A DNA stretch of 64,000 nt from Iphione sp. A-MEVVRFRX5 (taxonomy: Eukaryota): the NCBI GenBank assembly GCA_976226885.1, contig OZ320323.1, positions 31,868,001 through 31,932,000 of the forward strand. Direction: 5' to 3'. Shown in pieces: positions 13,601 through 25,600 of the stretch (position 1 is the first letter of the stretch; every line of letters begins with the position of its first letter). The notes below the pieces were generated by a model. It saw nothing but the letters and a program-made list of their open reading frames with translations. It made no database searches and was not told the DNA's origin. The position numbers and the translations under genes are program-made.

Positions 13601-16600
13601 TAATACTGATAAAACAATAATTCAATACAATAAAAGACACAGGGTAAAAGATAAAGAGTACATGCATCGACTAGAGTCTCTGCACCCCTGCGGGGTGACT
13701 GACTGAAGCATGTAGGAGCAAGGAGTTCGTGGGGCGGGAGGGATGGTACTCCGTGCCAGGTGAACTCGGAATGGCAGTGTAGAGTCAGTTCGCACGTCAG
13801 CAATGACCGCCAATCAGTGCACTTCACTGATTGGCCCACATTACTAACAAAATGCGACTTGGAGAACCAATAGCTTTAATACTGATAAAACAATAATTCA
13901 ATACATTAAAAGACACAGGGTAAAAGATAAAGAGTACATGCATTGACTAGAGTCTCTGTGCCAAGGTTATAGTTGTATAGAGCTTGCTTGGCCTGGCCCC
14001 GGGCTGAGGATGGAAGGTAGGCAAACGCAGCCCGCGACCACCAGTCTACGGGCGTGACCACCTCGCCGATGGAGGCACTCAGTGTGAGGGCAGAGTGGGC
14101 ACCACCTCGACGGAGGCCATGTAGTGTTGGAAGCGGACGCAGGGCATTCAGCTGTAACATCGTGGAGCACCACAGCCTGGTGGCAACGGAGAGGGGGACA
14201 GCTACTTTCTCCCCGGGAAAGACCAGGAGCGGGGTCGACGGGGCAGCCCGGGACCTGTAGGCCATCAACCTGATGACCATACCGCGCGCATCAATGCCCA
14301 GGATAAATAGGGGCGAGGAGATGACGATGGGCTGTCGGAGAAATTGCCGTGATTTCGACCTGCGGATGGTGACCTCCAACTGGTCTCCCTTCACAGCGAG
14401 GTCGTGGGTGCGGAGCTGCTGCATAGGGTCGAATGCGCCACAGGTCAGGGGGAACAGGTTCGACTGGTGCAGGAAAGTGATGTATATAATGATGACTCCC
14501 GCAGTTGCACCCAGGGCCGAGGTGGAGAGCTTGGTGACAGCAGATTGTAGAAGTTGGAGCGAGACACAGGGTCGCACAGGGGGAGGCCGGGGAATACGTC
14601 TCAAGGCCGTTAGAGCATTAGAGACCAGCCTATGCCCCCAGACCCCGGTATCCTGCCCCATGTCAGCATAGTGCGCCTTGAGAGATGAGATCGCATTGGC
14701 GACGGACTGGGGGGCCAACGTGTCGGAGAGGAACTCGATATAGGCACAGATCTGTGGTGGAGATAGAGCACGATGATCAATCCCATGTTGAATAGCAAAG
14801 GCAAGGAACTTGCGTAGCGTGGAGCGACGGTTCGCCCGTGTGCCCGGGCGGACTGCCTCAGCCTGTCGCGCCTCCGCCCGGCATATGAGGGCGTCGAGAG
14901 GTGTCCCTGGAATCAAAGAAAGGAGGGATAGTTGTGGTGCCAAGGTTGAACATCAACTGGGGCAAGGTGATGTTGTTGTACTAGGCGTTCCACACAGCGC
15001 GCTGCCTGGGTAGAGATGAATGCCCGGCTGAGTGGGTCGGCGAGGTGCATTTCAATGCCAGGGGTGTAAAAAAAGCACCACTTGTATCCCGGTGCAGGCT
15101 GCCTCGAACCAAATGGCCCTTGCGCAAGCGTTTAGTACAAAGTCATGCCCACGTCCATGGTTATAGACATCGACCGCTGCACGGTTATCACACTTAATCT
15201 GGACAAGGTTGTGCATGCGATATGCGGCGATAAAGGTGCGGAATGCTAGAAGACAGTTAATGGCTTCGAGTTGAGTGATGTGGTGGTTCTCGGTCATCTT
15301 CCTCGGCCAGCGGTAAGAGTAGTACAGTTTGCCATCCGACACACCAGCTCCAGAGAGGCAGGCATCTGCCTCTATGATGTGGTCTGGCTGCCTGGGGGGG
15401 GGGGGGGGGGTAGTAGGAGCGGCAGTTGCACTGTCCTGCAAAGCGCACCAACCAGTCCAAATCCGCTCGAACAGTGGAGTCGATGTCTACAGCTACCCCG
15501 TCTGAAGCATGTAATGCATCCAAGATGCAACACATAAAGAGCCTGGCTGGGTGAGTGACCTTGGCAAGGTGGTTCACTTTACCAACCAGGCTCTGACATT
15601 CCCTATACAAGATGCTCTGACTATCTCTTGCTGCTTTGAAAGGGAGGCATACTCCTGCAACTTTTCATTTGGGATAGAGAGTTCACCTCTGCCAGTGTTG
15701 ATGCATGCGCCAAGCCACTGGATGGATCTTGCAGGAGGCTGAAGCTTATTAGCGGCAACAGTGAGGCCCAGATCAGACAAGAGTTCAAGTGTCATCCTGT
15801 ATGCCCACTTAGCCCGGCATGCGTCTGGCACGATCAGCACAATATCATCGAGATACATCAGGCTGACCACCCCTTTGTGGGACAGTGCTCTGGTGATGAA
15901 GCAAGCGATCTTCTGCATATGCATCGATGAACAGCGTGCCCCGAAGGGCATAGCTGTATCAAAGTAATATGCACTGTTGACTCTTATCCCCAGGAGTGGC
16001 CAGTCCGAAGGGCACACCTTGAAATGTCTGTAAGCACGTTTCAGGTCTACTACCGCTAAGTACGGTGGAGCATCCAAGGTGTTGATGATGCATGTCAGGT
16101 CGCTTACTGTTGGTAGGCAGTGATCGTACTCTATGCCTTGGACAGTGTTCTTCGTGATGAAGTAATTAACGCTATGGCCTTGAGGATACGACAAATCAAC
16201 GATTATCCGGCGCGAGCCGTCAGACTTTGGGCGCGAGATGACTAGTGAGACCGCAAACCATGGAGAGAAGGGGGGCTGGGAGAACGGGCCAACTAGTGCA
16301 CCCTCGCTCAGTTCGGTCGCGGCGTAATCATTCATGGCCCATGCGTAGGCCAGAGCTAATGGATGGTTTGGGACCTCCCTGTTCGAGAGCGGGGGGCCAT
16401 GGTAACCAAGGGGGAATCCGAACTGGATCCCACTCAAGACATAAGCGTCGTCGGGATGACCAGTGGAGGCTTGCTCCCATGCTCAGGTGTTGAGCGCTGA
16501 GGTGAGACAGAGCTGGGCAGCCTCATTGTTGTTGAGGCCGGTACCAGTGACTGTACTGTAGATGTATGCCAGTCCAGATGGGACATCTGAGGATGGCTCG

Positions 16601-19600
16601 GGCCAAGTCAACACTCTGTTGTGTGCCAACAGGGGTCAAGGAAGTCCAATAGGCGGTAGTGGGTCTTGCGACCAGTCGTCAACATAGAGATCCCCGGGGT
16701 CGAGTCGACCAGGATCAAAATCAGGCGCAGGGGCAGGCCCCAACCCTGAGGGGGCTATACTGCCTCGACACAGAGAGGGTAGCCCCAATTGAATCGGCGA
16801 GAAGTTGAGCGCAGGTCGGGGACAATCCAGGTCAATTGGAGTTGAATAGCATGGGCGGCCGGTATGTGTTAGACACACCAGGGCAACTGGCGTCGCAGTG
16901 GGGGGAAATCAAACAGGCGAGTCCCCCCCCTTACTGGTGGGCCGGCCTAGTTTTTTGGAGCCCTTGGGTTGTCAACATTCTTCTCCTTCTTCTGCTGGCG
17001 GTTGTCCTTGCTGCAATCGCGCCGATAATTGGCACCCTCAGCTTCCTTGGGGCGCATCTTGCTCTTCCTGGCGCATACGGTGGCCGCATGCTGGCATTCC
17101 CGGTTCTGGACACCGTACCACCATACGGCACACCGATGCCAGTAGGTGAGATTTCCCTCGGGATGGCCATCAAAGTCATAACATGTGCCCACTGATCATC
17201 CGCCGCTGCACCTCTGGCTACTGACAGGCGGTTGCGCATACATTGTATCTCATCGACATTATGCCAGGTAATGGAGCCTTGCTCGATGCGTGTGACCACA
17301 GTAAGCGACCAATTACGAACGTCATGCCATGCCAAATTCCCGGCGTCTTCGCACACATCGGCTATGTGAGCTGCAAAGTGGGCCAATTCCGACCCAGCCG
17401 GGAGTTCATCTCTAAGCCTAGCTGTGAGCACAAAGACATACTCCGCAAATGAGGGATCATCAATTGTGGGTCATTGCTTTACCACCTTTGCGACCTCGGC
17501 TGGCAACGAGAGGTGTGGGCACCATCTTTTATGTGTATGGTTAGAGACGGGATCTGTGTGCGCTTACCGGTTTCGGGCCCGAGTCTCCTCATTCATCATG
17601 GCAGCCAGGCGGTCCTCCCAGTCACGTACAGTGTCACGGTAGTCGTCATTCCTAGAGCCAGTATTTCCACATGATGGTGTGTCCGAGTGGGGTTGGTCCC
17701 GGCTCCCACGGGCTGCAGACGAGCGCGGCTGGTGGGTCGAGACAACATGGCTCTTAACTGTTGTTTTGTTAGGCTTTCTCTTCTTCTCCCTCTTGGCCTC
17801 GTGCTTCATGAGGCGGTTGATGTTCTTTTCCATGACCTTCATCCTAAAAAGGACGTGTTCGTTAGGGTCCGGTTCCGCCGCAACAGAGGAATAAGAGGAG
17901 AGAGAGGTGGATGACATTGCTATGGTGTTTACTCCGCGACAGGTGAACTCGGAATGGTGGTGTAGAGTCAGTTCGCGCATCAGTAATGACCGCAAATCAG
18001 TGCACTTCACTGATTGGCCCAGATGAATTTGAGTACCATTCGCACCTCTCCTCACATCTCCGCTGTAGTAGTACACGCTTATCATAGGTTACATGTGAGC
18101 TTCTCCTTACTACCATTTGAACAGATTCTTAATAACACCTAAACAGATTCTACTTACACTTAAACAGATTCTATTTCAACAGCAGATTTACATTGTATCT
18201 GCGTAATTGTACTTCGTGGGTTGAATATTGTGACTAATCAAAAGGATACTGAACGACATAATGTTTGGTATCAAATTTCTGTTATATGAAATTAAGATAA
18301 TAATAATTCACTTGAATTTTAGTATCATTCACGACATACGCTGGGGTACTCCTGTCCCTGCCACATCCTTTGCTCTACCATCATATCCTTAGATTGTTTC
18401 GATTTCGTCCGACTCTTTTACCTATTATCGTGTTCTAATTGCTAAATGTGTAATTGCTGTACTTGAGACATAGCGTTTAAATGTACATATGTGGCGGATA
18501 TTCAGGAGTAAATACTGAAGGCCCAGATTCGTATCTATGTCGTTTGCCTCTGCATTTCATTAGCCCAAAAGGCAGCAATGGGAACCAGTAATACAGGCGA
18601 ATGCAGCACAATATTGGCTGATCACCCACTACGTAACCTTCACAATATTGCATCAGTGTGAAACTGTCTGGTCTGAGTCCTGTTTCAGTATATTCATGGC
18701 CAGCACTGCCCATCAACCCTCGTTGAGCGCGGAGTCCCGTTTTATCATGAAAAGACTTGAAGTGCGTCATGTTCGTCACCTTCAGCACTACAAGACAAGA
18801 AACTGTAGCACCCAAAAGACAGGCCATTCGCCCAGTTCCTAATCCGTTGACGTACCTCATTTTTAAACGGGGGAAAAAGGGGGGAAGCACCAAGAAACTC
18901 TGTTTTTTATTAGACGAAAGGTTTCCCGAAATACGAGCAGGTCAGTGGGGTTTTTTGGCACAGAAGCTTTGTCGCAAAGTGCAGAAATAAGATAAGAAGC
19001 TCCTCGAAGCTCGACAAATGCTTATTATCGCAAGATGCTGGTGACCAGGGGCTTGCATGACCTGAGCGATGGTGTGACATCAGCGGGTTGCGGGGGAGGG
19101 GGACTTTCCGGAGTGCCAACTAACCAAAATGGAATTACCACTCAATAATTAATGTCATGGCGGTGATAAAGACGAGATTTGGTCCAATTTTGTTTTATAA
19201 CGGCGGCTCTTTCCTCTGCGCCGTCGCATGTTCGCGGTTTTCAAATATTTATTGATTCTGATTGCTGGCTGCCCTTATTTTTCGGTCGTGCTGCCCTAGC
19301 CTGATAGGATATTGAACATCTAACTAGCCCCGCTTTACAAAGGTCAGCGTCACCGGGGTTTGAATGCGTATAATATTCGCGCGTTGCTAGAAGGCAATAA
19401 GTGGATTGCCACCTAACGACATGCGAACACTGGGGTTACCGTCAGTGTTTCTATATTATAGAAAAAATCTGAACAGAACTACAGTACGGAGTACGGATGA
19501 CAAGTAAAAGAAAGCTGCTAAATGCAATCTGAATTTTAGAAAACAGTCAACTCTCGCTTAGAAGACCACCTGAGGGACTGCAGAGTATGGTCTTTCTTAT

Positions 19601-22600
19601 GGTCTAGCATCTTCTGTGGTTTCTTTATATAAAGACATATATATGTGTTGATAGCTATTTATATATGGTTGCTTTTGCGGTCTGGCCTCCTCCGTGATCT
19701 GGTCCTTGGGTCAGTCAACTGTATTGCAAACAATATATAGTGAAGACTTCGTCAAAGAGCAAATCACAAGGGATACCGAACCGTGGGGGAGACCAAATTT
19801 GGCCAGTCCCAAGCTTGATAGCCTAAAGGGGGCCACAACTGTAACCTGTTTACCGACAAGAGGACAAGAAGTGATGGGTGAAAGGCGAATTTCGTGTGGT
19901 GGGTCCCGCGTAAGTACCAAGTTGATAAACTGCTGGCAGTGACCAACGAGGACGTACATGTGTGTTGACAAGTCCACATGTTGCTTGCAGATTACACGAT
20001 GCAAATTGTGCTGGGCGTGCTGGGCGGTATCCTAGCGGTCACCGGTTGTATTATCCTTGGAGTTTACAGGTGAGTAGACGCTCTTTCCTGACCCGCATTA
20101 AAATTCTTCTCTAAAAATCTTTTCAAACTAGACCCGCTTATTACTAGAGACAAGGGTTTAGACTCAGCTATTCAAAACACTGACTACATAGATAAAACAA
20201 AAGACCCGGAAATGGTTTGGTCCATACAATTATCTGTAAACCCAAGGGCCTATTTCGACAGGAAAAACATGTTTATTACCTGGGCGACTCTATTAATTTC
20301 GGCACAGGAAAAATTCATCTGAATAAAAAGAGTTGACAACTGGTTATCGGTATATGTCTTGATTCCAAACTCGGTTATGGACTAACAGTTGTAAGGTGAA
20401 CAGGGAACACATTGTCGAACACAAAACGCTGGACTACATGTTCCGCTCATTTTTAGCTAGTAGAAGGTGGAATTTAGCACCCTCCGTGTGATTCCCTACC
20501 AGCCAGGTAGAGCGTGCACCTGCACACTCAGTAGAACCGCGGAGGGGACAGGCACCTGAGGGGATAAAATGCTCGATGGAAAGGGAGGAAGGCGGTCTCT
20601 TTATGCACTCACAAAAAAATGTAAAAGTCACCTAAGGAGCAGAAGCTTTGATAAAAGTATATATTTAATCACGCGGCGATTATAGTAGCTTATGAAATGT
20701 CTCAAGTATAACGTCCCTCATAATGTTTCACCACGTGCTTCGTTCGTCTCTTGCAGACAATGGCGGCTGAGGCAGGAGATTGAAGGTCTTCTTTGGAAGA
20801 TCAACGTGAATGACGTGCAGGTTGTCAACTCTGGTCATTACGCCATCTCCGGCAGTCGGGTAGGTAGAATAAAATCAAGTTTCACCTACATTCTGCTTTT
20901 GTAACCAATGCATTAGTGTCCCCTGGCTCCAGGAGGAGCGCGGCATCTTAGGTTCACTGCTGTCGGACCCTTTGTCCATCCATCACAACCTGGCGAGTTT
21001 TATAACTTCAATTTCCTTACGTCAGATGCACTAAAATGTGGATATGTCACATTTCAATATATTCTGTTCACCAACATGCGCACACGTATTCACTGTGTGG
21101 GGTGCAACATTACGTTGGTCAGCTGTATGCACTCAGGTACATAATTCTTGAGCAAGTCTGGTGAATGGTGGCAGAGGCGAGGTACAACAGACATCAAAGC
21201 TCCATTCTCGTATAGTGATTATATTAGTATGGCCAAAGAAATTTCAAAGGGTAGCCTTTCCATAATATTCACATTTTAACGGTCCAGTATGTGTGTAAGG
21301 CGATAGGCATGTCACTCTAACAGGTAATAAGCAATCGATTCACTTCCGAAAACAACGCCTTTTCAACATTACCGAGGAATATCATCTCGAATCATCACTT
21401 AATTAAGATATAGATATATACATGGATTATATAATATAAGCTGTTTTTAACGTTATTTACATCCCAACAGAGTCATTTCATATGATACTTGCCCGAGATC
21501 GGCAACATCTGCTAGATCCGTCCACTGATCTGCAAGTTTACAAGATAAACATGCAATACTGCCCCTACTGGGATAAACATTTAAAAAATTATACCTGCAT
21601 TCTCGGTAAAAAAAAATATATTGTATCCATGGTTCATCAAGTTTGCAAAACTTAGTCAAGCGAACAAGTACGCGCACACTAAACCGGCTGACTACTCCAG
21701 CTAGTCCAAGGAGTAGTCCACTGACCAGCGAATCCATGGACTAATTTTGAATGGGATCTGAAAACCGGTCATCTGTGATTATTCCAGCTGTAACGATAGG
21801 ACAAAAGTATAGCAAAGCTAGAGTAAGGCACATGTGTGGGTAATTAGAGCCTTTGAAAGAATCCCTAGGAGTGGAAGCTTCATATTTCAAACAAATATTG
21901 TATATAATAAGTTCACTCTTGGGTAGAGTAGAAAGACGACAGCTTTCAAGCAGACAAAGACTAATGGAAACAATGTAGTTATCAGTATTCCATAACGTTA
22001 GCTACAACTGTAGCCCAGAAACGTATTTTGTGAAGGTGATGCCATCATCAAGATAAACAGTCTCCAGTGTGTCAAAATGATCGCAATCCATATCAATTCA
22101 TTGCAGAGCTACCTTTTGCAGATCCGACATATACTATGAAAAACGTATTGCCTCGCGCCTTTGTCGGCAATCCATGGAGATGTGGACGTAGATAGTAATC
22201 CCGCCTTTCTGTAATAACAAATTATTTCCGCCAAGATTTAATGACGTCGAGAATTATCAGGACGTTACATCAAATAGAAAGTTTACTTTAATTCGCCTGG
22301 TAGATGAATGCTCCGTTGGGAAACACTTCCAGCAAAGCTTGAGCCCGCTTTTTACTTTTTCCAGGTTGTTTACATCTTGATAGCGCACGCCTTCTGTTCA
22401 AATCGACAAATAGAACATTCCAAAAATGTGCTTACGGCGCTCGACGCCAATGCGGCAGACGCTCTAGTTCTGCAATTGTCCGGCAGGTGGCAAGTCCAGC
22501 CGTCATCCTCCTGGTCATGTTGTATGCGAGCGTTTAGTCAGCTTCCCCGAGACCATCAAGGACGTTCTCTGAGAGCTTTAACGTTAGGACTTACAGAAGG

Positions 22601-25600
22601 GCGTCCCCATAATTAATTTCTACGGCAGAAACTGGTGGAGACCAGACCATCGCAGTTAATTATCCAGTCCAATCAGCGTACTATTTCCGTCCTAGTATGT
22701 CGTCTGTACCGAGGGACAATTCGACATGTTAAAGGGTTAACCCACAAGAACTTAACCCTAACCAGACAATAATTCTCCTCCAAACCTTCGTTTGAGTGAA
22801 CACTTTCTGTATTTTTGAAAGTCTTACCCCTTTCGCCCATCTATAACAGACTGGTATTAAACAACATGCTGCTTATGAGGGTTATTCAGGTGGGAGTGTT
22901 GACAACCAGGTGTTGAAGTAGATACAATGTGTATTTAGCAACCATCGTGTGTTATAGCCAGTGAAAAGGCCCTCTTTTAAGCATGCACACATACGCATAT
23001 ACATACACACGCACAGGCAGGCAGGCAAACACAGAAAAAAATAGTCTTTCGAGACCACATAATGAACGATACTGAGGGATTCTCCTTTTCACTGTTTGAA
23101 AGACACCGTAAAATAACATCATTAGTTCAACCTGAGTCATCTCAGTGTCTTGTGATCGCTTCGCTGGTGTTTCCTGGCGTAGTCACATGAACAAACAGCC
23201 TGCTGATGGTCTTTGGGACGCTCTCACCGGAAGTCCAGGCACCTCTAATTGCAATGCTCGGCAAAAGCGGTAAAGGTCTCACAACCAATAATTATATCAC
23301 GAGAATGTCCAAAGTAGCAAAATTGTGGCACCGGTTCTGCTTTTCGTGGCTCTGAGAGCACTTCTGTTTAAACCAATAACGGTGACAATCTAAATTTAGA
23401 CACCCATTTGACTAAAATACTCTCGATTTTACTGACTCATTATACTACAATGGCTTAGAGTATCTTCAATTTAGCTCTAACAAACGATCTCAGTATGCTG
23501 TTACAGTTACTTTAAAGTCTAGGATAAAACGATAGATATCGAACCGGTTTAGTGTCGATTAAGGGAAATAGGCAATATACACACATTTTATTTTTATATG
23601 ATTCAGTCACAAGTACCTGTGCGAATGTATATTAGTTAAACTGAAGCTTTGTTAAAATTGACAACCTTGGCCGAGAGCCTTGAAAACCCTTCATACCACT
23701 TTTTTGTCAACTCCAATGTTTATTTATAGAATAGCATGTCGGCCACTAGGGTCAAGTTTACTACAGTGAGAGAAACTAATATAATTTGACCACTGCCAAG
23801 TGAATGAGGCTTAGTTTCAAACTCGCATATATACATGTGTACGCAAATATTAATATATATATATACACACCTTAACATTGAATCAATAAAGTAACACAAA
23901 GGGAGACACTTTATATGCACGATCGTTGCTGTTATGTCCACAGGATAATCTAATCACACCTGTAGTTTCTTCAATGCACACCTGTTTGTTTAATGGTCAG
24001 ACAAACGTCACTATGGTAAACGGTGTAAGCTTTCTATAAACCTCTAAGAGCGGTTCTGATCTGCTTTTAAAAAAAGTACTCCTCAAATTGTATTTACTTT
24101 TTTTAAAAATGAGCTTGAATGTTGCTGCTTCGGGACACTTGTCTCATTTTGTTGCGTTTACTAAAAGAAAACTGACCTTTACGAAGGATTGGCTCACGGA
24201 ACTGCTTGGTGTTAGATTTTAGTACCCCTCCGCCATCATGTCATTATTTTACGACCTCATCAGCTCGGGGAAATCCCATAATGAAACGATTCTAGAATGT
24301 CAGGGGATAGTATGAGAGTATCACTAAATGTCTCGGGTGCTCTAGGACGAAAATACCCTACACCCTACAGGTGACATCACATGAATTCTGCATAGTAAAC
24401 CTTTCTTTACTGTGTTGCTCAGAAATCAAATCGGCCACGCCAATTTTATTGCGCTTTGGATTTGCTAACAATAAACATGCTAGATAGAGTGGGGCTCCTA
24501 TTTGCGAGCACATCAATTTTGACTTTCCTCACTAATATGACCACCTGAGGTGGGAACTGAAGCCTTGATACCTTATATTAACAATATTTAATTTGCGGCC
24601 ATTCTCACTAATACGACTGCATATATTTGAAGTTGGACCTGAGTGATAGTCGCGAATAGAGGTTCCACTTTATATGCTCACTCCATACATATAAATAGCA
24701 GTATACAGCAACAATGACATAATACATGTATATATGTCTTGATGAACGGGGTGCCTACTGTCTCATCCCGGTTCTGTAAGATTTTTTACCTGTCCCTGAT
24801 CCTACATTCTTAAACGGTAGAAATGACCAGTGTACAACTTGTAAAAGTGTGCCAAATGTTGAAGACGTGTGGTTCACATGGTAGGAGCAGCCAGTACTAC
24901 AGCTCAGTATGTGACTTGAATTAGGCTCCCATTCATGTACAGATATCCAAGAAAATTTCAGTCTAGCTTCTGGTGAATCAATGGGTTCCTTCAAGAAAGA
25001 CACGTGTCCGACTAACGTCCTCGCAGAAAAATCCTCTCCTCTAGATAGGTTTTCTTGCCAGATTCTGTCTGAGCGTCGAGAGTATATGTAATATATATAT
25101 TATATGATCGTAATGCAGGATTTTATTCCCTTGTGGAACAGTAAGAAATGCATTTAAAATGCAAATCATTTTAACAAGCACATTTAGAGATAAAAGAATC
25201 GTGTAAATATTCGTAGTTTAAGCATTACGACCGTTTGCAACTTTAAGAGCGTGACACATTGCGAGGCCAATCTTTTCAACGTTTCGGATTGCCCCTAAGC
25301 CTCTTAGATGGAATAAAAAGATCAATTTTAAGGGTTTCATTATAGACATAGAACAAGGCTTTACGCAAAGTAACTGACAATATGTTCATCCTTTTTACCA
25401 GGTGACGCTGACAACCCAAGGTTCCTTCGACTCGCGCTGTTCCTTAGCTCAAATCTTCACAAAGACGGGGTCTTACAGGGGCATTCTGGTGGCACTGAAG
25501 AAGTACACACGGAAGAACTTCGACCTCACTTCCAAGATGAAGAAAGAAATGAAATTTGTAATTATTTAATGACTAGAATCGTGAATTATTGTCCCTCAAC

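Larger units (their letters stand above)
13562..18021 (-). mobile_element. Ngaro/PAT-like tyrosine-recombinase (DIRS-order) retrotransposon with split direct repeats, decayed
   Basis: Element-strand order A1-gag-RT/RNaseH-YR-B1-A2-spacer-B2; RT YLDD, RNase H D..E..D..ADPLSR, YR HGLRR...Y; no LTR/TSD architecture; lies in rGC intron 8677-19990. Confidence 0.92.

Noticed and set aside
13629-13634. Sense-strand AATAAA in Ngaro B2 as an intronic poly(A) site before the TM exon
   Set aside because: AATAAA is common in these AT-rich introns and there is no additional evidence.
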